From: the human T2T-CHM13v2.0 reference genome, Homo sapiens
DNA length: 64,000 nt
Assembly: GCF_009914755.1 (NCBI RefSeq)
Contig: NC_060932.1
Direction: 5' to 3' (one strand)
The translations under genes were made by a program, and so were the position numbers. Below, in pieces: positions 13,601 to 27,998 of the stretch. Numbering within the stretch: the first letter of the stretch is position 1; every line of letters begins with the position of its first letter. Below the pieces are notes generated by a model. It saw only the letters and a program-made list of their open reading frames with translations. It was not told the origin of the DNA and did not search any database.

Positions 13601-16600
13601 ATGTTTCTGAAGAAGTTGTCTAAACTTCCCTTAAAAATTCCATGTATATCGTTTTTTCCTTTAGTATGTTGACTGTTTCTTTCCTCAGGATATGAAAGCT
13701 AATAATAACATATGTGACATAAAATACTATTTAAATTCTAGCCAATTTTATATATTACCTTGAATTCTTTCCCCAAGACTTCAGTGAAAATAAACATTTC
13801 CAGTTTCTACTTGTAAAAGACAGTACTTTATCCTTCTGTTTTGTTTTAAATATTGAACAGCATTAGGGAAAATCACCAGTCTTCTTAAAAAATTCATCTG
13901 ATAACCATTTAAGCAAACATATAGTATATCATAACATGGTAAAACAAAATAAAGCTATCACTAAAAATTTGCCTTTAAATTTAATTTTAAATGATACTTT
14001 AAAATGATGTGAAAGGTAGAATTTCAAGATTTTTTTTTCAGTTTCATTACCTCTCACTAATATATCACAAGCACAGTGACTTTAGTTTAATGATCATATG
14101 TATGGGATATGTGATTGGATTTAGAAATATAAAACCTGGTTTACATTGAAATTACTAAGGGAAAACCTTGGTGGTTTTTCTCTTGTTTTTGGATCAGTTT
14201 TATTTTTGCTTATATGTGGTATAGTTGGAACAAATGCAAATGACATTTTATAGTTTCATAGAAGAATCAGTTTTCACATATACCTAAAGTATAGCCTAAT
14301 TTATTGCAAAGGTAATACCGTGCAATGATCCATTAGGAAATAAACCCAAATGTCAATGTACCTGCAGCATATTTATTATTTGTACCAAAGACGTTCGCAT
14401 GTTCAACACTGGGTTCCTTCACTGAATGACTGAACCGTGAAAACTCAAATGTAGCATTTCTTCATGGGGATTTGCACAGTCTTTGAAAGACTGATGGAGT
14501 TCTTGACAGTCTTCCCAGAAATGTGTAAATGTATACATTTTAAAATTATATATAAAATATGTAAAACCATGCATACATAAATTATGCATACATAATTTAA
14601 AATATAATTTTACAGGTTCAGGAATTTAGTTGATTAACAAATTCCAGAATAAGAATTGTTTTTCCTAATCCCTTGTGGCTAATTCATCATGGATTAATGT
14701 CGTACTCCCAATCAGACTGTCTTAGACATCTTTAATAAATAACACTCCACTGAAATAGTATTTTATTGGCATTATAATTTTTATTTTTAAGTAGTGCTAC
14801 CATTACTTTTTCAGTGGCAATAATGAACAAGTTGATTATTGTTTGTAAAAGGTGCCCATTAACCTTTGTTCTTCTACCTTAGAAGCTTTTCTGTTTTGAA
14901 ACTATTTCTCAGATCATTCCAGAGCTGAAACTCCTATCCCAGACATAAGCAAAACCACACTATACATTGGTAACAATAAATCTGCATTTGTGGTTTCTGT
15001 GTTTATCCTGAGCAAGTTTTATACATAATTAATAAATATAATTTATACTGAAAGATTGTATGACTACATAAGAACTTAATAATTACTAATTTGGTTCCCT
15101 TTAAAAATTCTACTGTATAGTTAAGAATTATTCAACACAGGCTTTTTGAAAATAACATCAAAATAACACTTCAGAAAATAATATCACATGTTATTTTTGA
15201 AAAATAACATCTGATGTGAATATATGTGCACACACAAGGACACAAATATATGCATATATAATCTATTTTATATGTATACATATATATACATTCATTCATA
15301 CACATACATATATGTAAACATATCTATAAAATCTGTGGTGGATATATGATTTAGAAAATGATGTTAGAAGCCTGTAACCTACACTATGCTTGGAGGAGCC
15401 AGCCATTTTTTTTATTGTTCAGTAAAACTCTTCTTGTGCATTGAGCATTCAAATATTAGTGACATTTTGTTTCTGATATAATAACAGCTCAAGCCAATTT
15501 ATATTAATTCTGAATCCAGGTGCTGAGCCTGTGAATCCCTGTAAAGTATAGCGTTCAGGAGCATTGAGGATCTGGGTGCCATATCCTGTGTACTCTTGAT
15601 GTTCTTGATTATTCTACACAGTAGAATGCTAGACTCTCCTTGTTCCTTCAGTTACTTATTTTACAAATAGGAAATTTTTCTTGTTTTCTGGGGCTTGGCT
15701 CTTTTCTTCATAAATATTTGATTAATAGTGATTTAATGAATATCTGCACTTATAAGTAAATTATCTTTAGGAAAAACAACCACAACAAAACCTCAGAGGT
15801 TTTAATGTTCAGCTTTAAAACCTTTCGTGAAACAATCCTATATTAATACCAGGAACAACTCAAGCCACTGAAGAGAGTGATATCAGTGTACTGTTGCACA
15901 GTGAATCAAAGCACTTTACATAACATGATACAAGGGCTCGCGGGTTGTTTATGGAAGAGTCTAGTATGAAAGGCATTGTGAGATTGTGTCAAAAGAACAA
16001 AACAATTTAGGAGAGAAATTGATGAGCTTGGTAACATGACACCATAAGCCTCTTCTTTTTTCTAATGTGTTTTTTGACAGTGGATAACCTACATTTTAAC
16101 TTTCATTTTTTTATGAAATATACCTCAGAAATCTATATTACTGCTTAATTTTCAGCATGATCTACACATAGAATTAATGAAAAATCTGATGATGACTCAT
16201 CGGTCCTATTCTAAGAATAAGTTTAAAAGAAAAATAATCTTACTGAAAAATAGGCACTTAGAAACCCAGAGACCTTACACACAAAAGGAAAGCCAAATTT
16301 CTGTGGTTGTTACTGTGGTCACTACTATAAATAGATTTCATAGCAGCAAATCAAAGGTAACCTTAATTATGGAATGAAGGTAGGCGTGCTGTAATGATTG
16401 TGTCATTACAGAGCAGAGGGTTAGTTCATTATAGTTTGATGTGTTAGGTAGGTGTTCTTAGAATTTCATATTTCTACTTAAAATTAAAACTTTTGTTCAT
16501 GGTAAAAAGAACAGCTCTGTAGGATATTACAGTTTTCTCTCTCTTCATAAAGTATCTAGACTGTTATTACATATCATTTATTCCTTAAGCTCCAAATTGT

Positions 16601-16801
16601 GGGAGAAAGTATCTGTTTAATCTCTCATAGACAAAATTCTTCATTCTGATATTCCAACCATAAAATTGATCCATGGCCCAAGAATTACTTTTGAACTGTA
16701 GTGAAAAGGGTGTACCTAAAAGAATAACAACACCAATAACAAGAAAAAATAACATGCCCACACACAAATTGAAAGAATGATTCCCCCCAAAACAAAAGTG
16801 T

Positions 16802-17243
16802 AGCTTCATGCATGCCCCTGCAAAGGACATGGTCTCATTCCTTTTTATGGCTGCATAGTATTCCATGGTGTATATGTACCACATTTTCTTTATCCAGTCT
16901 ATCATTGATGGGCATTCGGGTTGGTTCCATGTCTTTGCTACTGTAAACAGTGCTTTAAGTGCTTTAATAAACATACATGTACATGTGTCTTTATACTAGA
17001 ATGATTTATACTCCTTTGGATATATACTCAGTAATTGGATTGCTGGGTCAAATCATATTTCTGATTCTAGGTCCTTGAGGAATTAACACACTGTCTTCCA
17101 CAATGGTTGAACTAATTTTCATTCCCACCTTAAACCTAGATGGCAGGTAGATAGGTGCAGCAAACCACCATGGCACACGTATGCATACCTATGTAACAAA
17201 CCTGCACGTTCTGCACATGTATCCTGGAACTTTAAGAAAAACA
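16802..17243 (+). mobile_element. Short L1PA (older PA) with 5' inversion
   Basis: Antisense ORF2-end segment 16802-17129 joined to sense terminal 3' UTR 17130-17243 (taaacctagatgg...ctgcacatgtatcctggaac). Confidence 0.85.
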
Positions 17244-17588
<345 letters not shown>

Positions 17589-18699
17589 TTAAAGAAAAGA
17601 AATTTCGTAAAAGTCGATTGTCTTTGATGGTGGAGTATTTCTTTCTGGGTACTCTTCATGGCCTGCTAGAGAACTTTACTAAATTATAGTCCAGTAGCTG
17701 GACAGAGCTGCATGTGTATTGTCTAAGTCAACCTGTGCTGCTGGTCAAGATTATTTTGCAGTGTTTGGTGGTGTTGAAGAGGAATACTGTTGTGAAGGCT
17801 GAGTCAACTGCATGACAATTCTCATGGCTCACTGGCTGATGAGTTGTGGCATGACTAGAAAGCTCTGCTTGTATTCCCAGATGACAAGTCACACCTGAAC
17901 AGCTGGATACTACTCGCATCCAATTTGCTTCCAAGTTAACATATTTTCAGAAAATATTTGATTTGGAGTACATACAAATATTTTTCTGTTCAATAATTGA
18001 TTTAAATATTTCTTAATTGCGATTGTGGGGTGGTCAATTGATGGCAAAACAAAAAAAAATTGAAGAAAGATTCCATCACTCTAACAAATTAAAACACTGT
18101 GAAAACTGATGAGTTTATGTTTCTCATAAAAAACTTTTACAAAAAATGGTTACCATAAAAATGTATACGCACTTCTGTGTAACTATATTGACCATATTTA
18201 TAAACACAGGGGTAACTGAAGAAAGAGTAAGCAACTGCACACATTCTTCAACTCATTGTTATGAATTATGAGACACTCAGTCACTGAAATGTGTATGTTC
18301 CAAGAGAGAAAGTGGATACCACCAGTAATTATATCAGGGAGAAAAGAACTGCCCTGCAGGATACTAACAGGTGCTTTAAAAAGTGAATTAAATAATAAAT
18401 ACCTTTAAAAAGTGAGCCCCACACCTGTCCCCAATGTTGAAAAAAAAAAAAGCCAATGCATCAATGATTTTCAAAACCTTCAAGTCAAAACTGTTGAGAA
18501 GGTTTTTTAAGAAAAACATTTTCTTTAATCAGAATATGGTAAAATGAGATCTTCCATTTTCTTATCTTAATTTTGCATCTCAACTTTCCTTACCCATTAT
18601 GAAAATGAAGAGCACCATTCCATTTCAGTGTACCTGTTGGCACACATTACTGTTGATTTTTCAGTTTACCCCGAAAGATCATTGTGCAGTATCTTTCTA

Positions 18700-18895
18700 G
18701 TTCCTCCTATTCCCAATATATGCAGTATTATCATAGCTTGTACAGCATTTCATTGCGTTTCACTGTTTACATACTTACCTCCTTTTGCTGGAATGTAAGC
18801 TGTTTAAAGACAAGGAATATGTTTTATTCCTCCCCAAGTCTTTTTCATGTAGCCTAGTGCATGGCATATAGTAGATGTTCAATAAATATTTATTC
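18700..18895 (+). mobile_element. L2 3' end
   Basis: gaatgtaagc...caaggaatatgtttt...tagtgcatggcatatagtagatgttcaataaatattt. Confidence 0.65.
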
Positions 18896-19404
18896 CATAA
18901 AAATGTTTTAGATATAAATAACACAGGGAACATAATTTCCATGTAAATATTTAAGCCATGCGTATCTGTCATTTAAATGACATATTTTCATTCTTCTTGC
19001 AATTGCAGCAAATCTGTCATGTTTTAAAATCAGAGTATTATCTTTTGAGTCCTATTTTAGACTTGACTTTTATTTTAAATGCAGTGAACAAGCAATCCAA
19101 ACTTGTTTCTTTGTGTTGCATAAAAAATAATACAACACTATGATTTTCACTAAACTAGGAAAGGTTATTTTGGAACTACTGGGATTTTAGATATTTGAAG
19201 TAGTAATTACTTCCTTCATAAGTGTTACCTTTTAGAGTCAAATACTATTTTCCTGTTGCAGTTCAACTCTTTCCTTAAAGGAAAATGTCTTTTATTCACA
19301 ATCTACACATGAAGCATTTCAAACCAAAGCAGTTTCCTCCTTTCGTGGTGTATTATTCCATGTGGAATAAGTTGTTTTAATAGCATTGTAAAGTCTACTA
19401 ATTA

Positions 19405-19510
19405 TCATAATAATAATGACAGTACCTTACATTTATGCATTACTTATTCTGCACTGATCATTTCACTAAGCACTTTTTATATGTGCTCTTTCATTTAATT
19501 CCCACAGAAA
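19405..19510 (-). mobile_element. MIR fragment
   Basis: taataatgacagtaccttacatttatg...ctaagcacttt...tcatttaattcccaca. Confidence 0.55.
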
Positions 19511-19529
19511 ATGTTTGATGTGGATGTTT

Positions 19530-19730
19530 TATATATCTCTGCATATAAACCTATTATCTATCTATGTCTGTCTATATCAATCTAAATATCTTTATATAAT
19601 TATTATCTGTCTATCCATCCATCTACATCTATCTCTATCATCTCTTTCTCCTTATCAATCAATCAGTCTATCTGTCCATCCATCCATCCATCCATCCATC
19701 CATCATCATCTGTCGTCTATCATTCATCAC
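19530..19730. repeat. Degenerate (TCTA)n/(TCCA)n microsatellite
   Basis: Direct reading. Confidence 0.85.
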
Positions 19731-20092
19731 ATCTTAGAGGAACAATTTTCTAACTGGTAAGCAATACTGTCAAGATAATAGTGTAGGGAAAGGCATCTCC
19801 AGATTTTGCATTCTTGGCTCTTTAAAGCTCTGAGTATCCGGCAATGAAATTTAATTAGCACGTTTCGAATAATTCTTGATTCATGACCTGTTTCAGTGAA
19901 GTACTTGTGTTATCATTTATAAAACAAAAAACATTTTTCTAGGGTTGTACTTAATTAAATAAATTAAATATCATTAAGTCACTATGGCTAAGATTCCAAC
20001 AGTATTTCTTCTATATCGAATGAATATCAACTCTTACCTGATGATCATCAACATTTACACGTAGAGACTCTCTGTTATTATTTAGAACTCAC

Positions 20093-20233
20093 CGTAGTCT
20101 TGGGTTTGGTTCCAGAATTGGCTACTGGAGTGGAAGATGGGAGGTCCGTGGACTCAGTGTCAGAAGACAAATTTACTCGTGTCTGATTTACTGAAATGGT
20201 ATCTGCTCCACTTTCAGATCCTGATTCCAGATC
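20093..20233 (-). CDS. DLC1: DLC1 long-isoform internal coding exon (exon 4), 47 codons: DLESGSESGADTISVNQTRVNLSSDTESTDLPSSTPVANSGTKPKTT
   Basis: Acceptor ...tttgttttttaatAG|GAT and donor ACG|GTGAGT. 141 nt, phase 0-0, no stop. Continues directly from ...RRHVP of exon 3. Absent from the ORF track. Confidence 0.95.
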
Positions 20234-21544
20234 CTATTAAAAAACAAATGCACTGGTATGAAGGACATGTGAATGTTCCCAAATGCCCTTCTTCCTACCA
20301 CCAGAACTTTGTCACTTCTTCTTTCTCCCAGTGCACACTGATACACTAAAGAGTTGCTGACAACTGACAGTGACGTGTCACACATAATCATGCATTATTT
20401 GGTAAGAACCATTGTACTCATCAGAGGATCTGCAAATACTTGAGAAAGAGGTAACATACTATTTGGTAATTTAACAGCTGAGTGTGCATTGGAAAGGCAG
20501 GGAGTGTGGCTAGCTAGGGCCCTGCAGAGAAGTTAGAAGGCAGAAGCCCACAGCCACACCTTCCTTACTGTGTGACCTTGAATCACTCACTGACACTCCT
20601 CTGACTATACAGCGCTGCCCAGAGTTCCTCACAGGGCCACTGGATTTCAAATACAAAGAGAGTTCTCATTTCTTCTTACCTCAATCTCTTCTATGTTCCT
20701 ATTCAACCTCTATGGTGACAGCTATTACGGTGGCCTGGAATATTTGAGCTGAAATGTCTATCTAATAAACTGAGGGCAGGAATTATGTCTTGTTATGTGT
20801 CATTCAATTCCCTTGTTTGAAAATGGGTATAATGATAGTAGACACTCATGGAGTTTCATAAGCATAAAGCAAAGTGCTGGTAATTGGCTCCTAATAATTT
20901 TCATTAAATGCTAGCTACTCCAATAAATATTGTTATTATTATTATGTTTTCTTAGCAACTACTACATAGTGTGAGGTCAAGACATGTCTGTTGAGTGGAT
21001 AGAATTACCTGGTAACCTCTGCAAAGGCTGCGCATTTAATATATCATATGCTTTCTTTGAGTTATAGGTGGTTTGGTTGCACAGAGGAAAGGTGGGAGGG
21101 GGAAATTGCAGAGGGGATGGAGCAAAGGCACGTATCACTCTAGGCTTTTAATCTGAGAAAACTATGATTTAAATATCTCTATGTATCCTCTTTATACATC
21201 TCAACTTTGCCGTGGTTCACATGGTCAAATATCATGTCCCGCACCCCAACTCTCCAGTCTTAGCTTTGCCATTCTCTTGTTTCTCAGTCCTACCTCCTCT
21301 TGATAATTTCTTTTAATACAGTAAGCTGGTGTCTACAGGAGGGACTAGGCCCTGTGCTCTTTCTTGTCCCTTGTCCCAGTATTTCCCTTTGCTGGCCCCT
21401 TCTTGTCACTCTGTTGTCAGCTTGAATCTTACTACCTCAGAGAAGCATCCGTTGACATTTCAAACCAAAGAACTTCACTCCCTTCAACCTCTATAACATA
21501 TTCTCTATTTTCCAATCCTCTTTGCTTGCTAATCTACTACATAT

Positions 21545-21580
<36 letters not shown>
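21545..21580. repeat. (TCTA)9 tetranucleotide STR
   Basis: Nine perfect units inside an L2 relic. Confidence 0.95.
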
Positions 21581-21581
<1 letters not shown>

Positions 21582-21654
21582 TAGGTACCTATCTACCATC
21601 TATAAATTTGTCTACCTTCCTATCCATCTATGCATCCATCTCTCTTTATAATTC

Positions 21655-21946
21655 TTTTTTTTTTCGGAATGGAGTCTCACACCGTCGCCCCGGCTGGAGT
21701 GCAATGGCGCAATCTTGGCTCACTGCAGCCTCCATCTCCTGAGTTCATGCAATTCTCCTGCCTCAACCTCCTTGAGTAGCTGGGATTACAGGTGCACACC
21801 ACCACACCCAGCTAATTTTTTGTATTTTTAGTAGAGACGGGGTTTCACTATGTTGGCCAGACTGGTCTCGAACTCCTCACCTCGTGATCCACCCGCCTTG
21901 GCCTCCCAAAAGCTGGGATTGCGCGCATGAGCCACCGCGCCCAGCC
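21655..21946 (-). mobile_element. AluS inserted in an L2 (L2 relic spans about 21180-22090)
   Basis: TSD tctttataattctt; L2 3' end (atagtgcctggcagatag) resumes after the Alu. Confidence 0.9.
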
Positions 21947-22542
21947 TCTTTATAATTCTTGTCTGTCTTCCTCTATTAGAATCTATGCATCGCAAGAGTA
22001 AGGACTTCACCTGTCTTGTTTACTGATGTGTCCCCAGGTGTTAGAATAGTGCCTGGCAGATAGAACATGATCGTTAAATACAGTTTTATGAAGAAACTAC
22101 TAGACTGACAAATATTAATACCTTTTCTTCCTTAATTCTCACAATAGAAGTAATTTTATTGTTTCTGCTGTAAAATTATGTGATCAAAAGCATCAAAACT
22201 AAATTTTCTCCAGTTGGAAGGGTACAAAAGACATACACAGCAAAAAGTAATGTTACACTCTTTAAATGTATGTGCATGTGTGTGTGTGCGTGTGCGTGTG
22301 TGTAGAAGACAACTCTGAGCAAATTTCTGATGCCTGGAATGATTTTGGATCAGGGCCATGTCTTCTTCTTCTTCTTCTTTTTTTTTTTGCATAGAAAAGA
22401 CAAACTACATTTTACCCTAAGAATATGATTCATTAGAATTTCAAATTGGATCAACATCAAGTAGTCTTAAATAGCAGATAATTTATAAACATTGAATGCA
22501 TAATCATAAGTAGCAGGTAATTTATAAGCCATTTATATTTGA

Positions 22543-22883
<341 letters not shown>

Positions 22884-22989
22884 TTGCATTAATTTCCTGT
22901 TTGTGATTTGATTAGATAAATAACAGAGTAATCTTGTATCTTTTGAACCATGTAATGCTTCCAAGGTGAAATAATAACTTTTAAAAACT

Positions 22990-23215
22990 ACCGTTTATTG
23001 CATTTTTACCTTTCACAGACAAGGCTTTACAACCATTATCTGCTTCAATGTTCATCACCTCTACGTGGAAGTTACCATCATCACACGAGAGATGGTGGGT
23101 GAAGCCAAGGCTTAAGGTAAATAACTTGACCAAAGTCGTATCCCAAGGTAGAGCTGGCATTAGAGTTCAGGTGTGTCTGACCCCAGAATCCAACTTTTTA
23201 AAGTAACCACCATGA
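22990..23215 (-). mobile_element. MIR
   Basis: gtttattgcattttta...aaggtaaataacttgaccaaagtc...gtagagctggcattaga...gtctgacccca. Confidence 0.65.
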
Positions 23216-24070
23216 TATTCTGCAGAGGCCTCAAACACAACTAAATAAGTAATTTTAATAGGACCATCAATGTGTAGTTTAGTACAAATCTTTATTATTT
23301 TCTCTTCTGTTCTCTGTTCAATTTGAGAAATTACCCAAAAGCTCTCCCAAAATCTCTCACATCCGCTCCCTCCTTTAATTTTCCACTGCTACCATAAGCA
23401 GACCAAGCAGTGAATAAACCCTGGGTACTCATTACAACTGCCACTCATAATTTCCCTGTTACCCGCCCCCCCCAACCCAACTTGCTTTGTGTAATTAATC
23501 CTACAGGCCATCTTCCTGCAAGACTCCATCTATCAGTGTTACCCTATGCCTCCAGTTATGCCATTCTTTGGGAATATAGAGCTCTCTGTGGGGTTTTTAT
23601 CATGGCAGGGACTCCAGTGTGATGTGTGCTAGAAGTGCTTATACCACTCAACTCTGGCCCAGGGAAGGGTGCATCTTGTGATCCATTGGTTGTTCTGATC
23701 TGGAGACCACAAGAAAAGGTCTCACTGCTGACCCTCAATATAGAGAAGGGAATGGAAGCTGTGGTGATTCCTAGGGAGAATATTCAAAGCCAGATAAAGG
23801 GAGAATTGAGTCTAGAATCTAGATATAAGATTTCAGGGGCAGATATAGGAAGAGGAGCCACTGAAGGGTCTGGAAAGCAACTGTTGAAGAATAGAAGGAA
23901 AAATGGAGAGCAGCCAGAAGCCAGGAGAGCAGTGAAAGTCAAGGAAGAGAAGCAGGTAAATCACATCTGATGCTGTGGTGAGAGACTGCACTGGCACTAC
24001 TGAATTTGTCAGACAAGAGAAGGAGTGAGGAAAAATGATGGCGCAATAACCAATAATTAAATTAAGAAAG

Positions 24071-24700
24071 AGACTGGGTATGATGACTCATGCCTGTCAT
24101 CTCAATACATTGGGAGGCCGAGGTGGGAAGACTGCTTGAGGCCAGGAGCTCTAGACCAGCCTGGGCAATGTAGAGAAACCCCATCTCTACAAAAATTAAA
24201 AAAAAAAAAAAATTAGCCAGGCATGGTAATGTGCGCTTGTATTCTCAGCAACTCAGGAGGCTGAGGCAGGAGGATTGCTTGAGCCCAGGAGTTTGAGGCC
24301 ACAGTGAGTTATTGTGCCAGTGCACTCCAGCCTGAGCAACACATATTAAGCATGCAAATTAAAAGAACAAGACCTTGGCCAGGTGTGGTGGCTCACGCCT
24401 GTAATCCCAGCACTTCTGGAGGCCGAGGTGAGCAGATCACGAGGTGAGGAGATCGAGACCATCCTGGCCAACATGGTGAAACCCTGTCTCTGCTGAAAAT
24501 TCAAAAATTAGCTGGGCATGGTGGTGCATGCTTTTAATCACAGCTACTTGGGAGGCTGAGGCGGAGAATTGCTTGAACCAGGGAGGCAGAGGTTGCCGTG
24601 AGCCTAGATTGCGCCACTGCACTCTAGCCTGGTGACAGAGCGAGAGTCCATCTCAAAAAAAAAGAACAAGACCTTGTCTCTAAAAAATAAAAATAAATTA
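24071..24700 (+). mobile_element. AluJ with a nested AluSc (24377-24659)
   Basis: AluJ TSD taaat(t/c)aagaaaga; nested AluSc TSD aaaagaacaagacctt at 24361-24376 and 24660-24675. Confidence 0.9.
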
Positions 24701-24907
24701 TAAATCAAGAAAGAAATTAAGACAAAGAGGAGATTAAAGTTTGGCTTATAAAGGAAGGGATGAGCTAGAGCAATTCCAGAAAGAAAGTCAAGAGGAAAAA
24801 GGAACAATTAACTCTTCCCCATCCACATCTCTTCTCCCTATCCACTAACAGCAGAGTCAAACTAAGGAAGGATTTATTGAATAGGTAGGTGGTGGAGAAA
24901 ATACAGA

Positions 24908-25193
24908 ATGTTGTGGTGAGAGACTGCACTGGCACTGCTGGATGTGTCAAATAAGAGAAAGGATGGGGAGAAATGATGGAGCAATAGCCAATAATTAAAT
25001 CAAGAAAGAGGCTGAGTATGATGGCTCATGCTTATAATCCCAACACATTGGGAGGCCGAGGTGTGAAGATTGCTTGAGGCCAGGAGCCCTAGAACATAGA
25101 GCTGGGCAACATAGAGAAACCCCATCTCTACCAAAAAAAAAAAAAAAAAAAAAATTAGCCAGGCATGGCGATGCATGCCTGTAGTCCCAACTA
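24908..25193 (+). repeat. Direct duplicate of 23970-24250 (flank plus AluJ 5' part)
   Basis: tgtggtgagagactgcactggcact...aataattaaat(c/t)aagaaaga followed by the same AluJ start, with shared variants (acattgggagg, tagagaaaccccatctctac). Confidence 0.9.
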
Positions 25194-25839
25194 TACTTGC
25201 TAAAGAGAAAAAGGGTGAGGACTAGTAGGAACAGAGCAATGGAATTTGAACCTAAGTGAGAGTCTGAATAACTGGTAGAGCAAAGCAGGAGGTGGGAAGG
25301 AATGGAGATGAGGATGGAGACAGATCAGTATTAGATGACAGGAGCAACACATCTTTTATTGATGTTGGAGGAGAGAAAGAAGCAAAGAGGCACCTATAGC
25401 TATTTGCAGGTGTGATGCCGGGACATCTCTCAATGGTCTCAATTTTCTATGAGAAGAGGAAGGCAAGAGTGTTAAGAGGTAAGGATGGTAAGAGATAAGT
25501 GCAAGTAAAATTGTTGAATAGCCACCTTGAAATGTGGGAGAAGATCCAGGGAGACCAAAAGATACTGCAGAACAGCAGGGGAGGCCCAATCAAAGGTGGT
25601 ACAGTGGTTCTGGCCTGTGTGTGTCTGAACTTCCCTATGGTATCAGTGAAATATCCCAAGAGACCGTCAACTTTCCCTTAATTACACATTGACTAGAAAA
25701 CTATTCCTAATTCAAACTTCAAAAATATATCATTATTAGGAAGAAAATGCTCTGACTGTCTGACAACCAGGGAATTCTGGTTCTGGAAGTGGTACTTATC
25801 TCATTGTAAAGAAAAAACTGGCATGTTGGGAAGGTTTCT

Positions 25840-26060
25840 AATGTAGCAGAATGAGCATAGGCTTTGGAGTCTGACTAATGTGGATGCAAATCTCACCTGC
25901 TGGGTGACCTTTGGTAAATAACTCACCACTCTCCGTCAGTGTGAACACAGGTAAATTACTCATCCTCTCTCTCTGAAGCTCACATTTCTCATGGTAGGAC
26001 TGTCAAGAGGTTAAATGAAGTAACTTACATAAAGCTTAGCACTCACTAAATACTTAGTCT
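25840..26060 (+). mobile_element. MIR
   Basis: agcataggctttggagtctgac...gctgggtgacctttggtaaataactcacc...gaggttaaatgaagtaac...taaagc. Confidence 0.7.
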
Positions 26061-27998
26061 TGATCTGATCCCCTATCCCCATTCATCCTATGAGATTGGC
26101 TATCTCAGCAAGCCCTAAGAGACTGGCACACTCTGAGTGCCTGGGTAAAACCAGGCTTGCAAAGGAGAAAACCACCGGATCCTGGGCTGTGTCAATTCAT
26201 CAGGCCATAGCCAATCTATAAGGTTTTATCTATGCAGCCTCCTTAAACCTTTATCTCTACCTGTGCTTTAATTTATTTTTATGTTAAAGACATCCTTAAA
26301 GACTATATTATTCTTGATAATTTTTATTATATGCAGAACTTCTTCTGGCGTTTTCTCATAAATATTCTCAAACTGGGGTGGGGTAGGGGGGCGGTGAGTG
26401 TTTCACTTTGTGTCTTGTTCTTCCTGCTGATCTATAAATTCACAGTGAAGTATGAGGATGGGGCAGAGGCAGTTTGTCCTCTGTATCTGGGTCAGTGCTC
26501 CTTGGTAGATGGTCCAGGTCCTAATCCTGCCATTATAATCCTCTTATTCCACTACACAATTATCAGAAGGAGTGGAAAGTTCTGTGGAAAAAAATTTGAT
26601 GGTGAAAGAATGTTAAAATTAGCTTTAAATTCCAAGGAACATAAATAAAGAACAAGAGGTGACCTAGAATATCATAAAGATCAAAAAGGAGTTTTGAGGG
26701 CTTTGGGCTATGTCTTATTCATCTCTAGCTCAAGGCCTGGTGTGAGTGAGTCTAGTATAAGGGGAAGGAAGGAGAACTGACCATCACTAAATATGTACTC
26801 TGTGCTTGATCCGTGCGGTACTTCTTATATACATTTTTTCATTTATGCCTCCCAAAGAGCCATTAGTTAGGAAATAACATCTCCATTTTTCACATGAACC
26901 TGCAGTTGAGAAATTAAATAACTTGATGTTCCCAGAAAGTCAGGTATAATGCTGGCATTTGAACTCAGACCTTTACACTACAAAGTTCATAATGTTATTC
27001 CACTGTATTATTTTGCCTATTCTGAATACATCTCTATTTACAGAGCTAACAATTGTTATATTCTGTGGGCTGATGTGTGCAATATAAAACCCAGTTTACA
27101 ATTTAAATAAAGGCAGAAGAATTTGTATCAAATAATTTGATATGCAACAGTTATATTTCAGTAGGTGCTCAAATTTATATATATGATTTTCTACTGCTTT
27201 GATCTCAGGTAAATACAAATTTCTTGACTTAATATGTTTATTATTGAATAACACAAATAATAGATGAGTTGAAAAGTGATTCATAGCTTAATTATAAGTA
27301 AACTCAACCATCCTAGATCTGCACAAACTAAGGCCTTTAATAGGATGCTGATAGTAAATATGTAAAGCATATAGTTGATCCTAGAATCTGTCTTCCAAAT
27401 TTTGAGTGTTGGACTCTTAAGAGAGTGTCTATATTATGTAAAACTGATGCATAATAAAATACAATTCTCAGCTCTGTCTCTTTCACTGTATTTCACTAAG
27501 TGAATTTTAGAGTTTTCCCAAGTTAATCTCATCTAAATTGTTTCTTGTAGTGTGTTGGGTTAGTTCAACTGGCATCCATCCATCCATCCATTTACTCATG
27601 CAGCAAATCTATAATAAGATTCTTCTATATGCAATACAGATTTGTGGGCCAGTCATAGACATAGTGCTTGCTAACAGAGTCTCTCTCGTATCAGAGAAGA
27701 CTGACAATTAAGGAAGGTTTGATCACTACAAACCATAATTTCCTAAGGTGACTTTCCTTCCTGTTTAATGATAAACAAGTTCTTTTGTATCACCCATTTC
27801 TCTGTGGCCTCTCTGCATAGAATTATGCATAGAATGTATGCATGATGCATAGAAGTATTTTGGTTATCTTTATGGTACTGTACTGGGGTTACATGTTGTT
27901 AGATGCCATTAACAAGGATGTTGCCTTTGCAAGAGGGACTGTATAAGGTCAAGAGATACGACTCCTATGGGAAAAGAAGTAGAAAGTGGAAAGCTCAC

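Noticed and set aside
15188-15210. Short AT-rich palindromes (also about 2716-2740, 7364-7423, 41796-41820)
   Set aside because: Stems of 10-15 bp in low-complexity sequence are near chance level.
20078-20092. Intron-4 read-through giving VSSK-stop as an alternative C-terminus
   Set aside because: Strong GTGAGT donor and no distinctive nearby poly(A) signal; no sequence support.
27909-27998. Read-through extension VSFPLSTSFP... of the exon-3 ORF
   Set aside because: Begins exactly at the GTGAGC donor, so it is intron 3; no evidence for retention.
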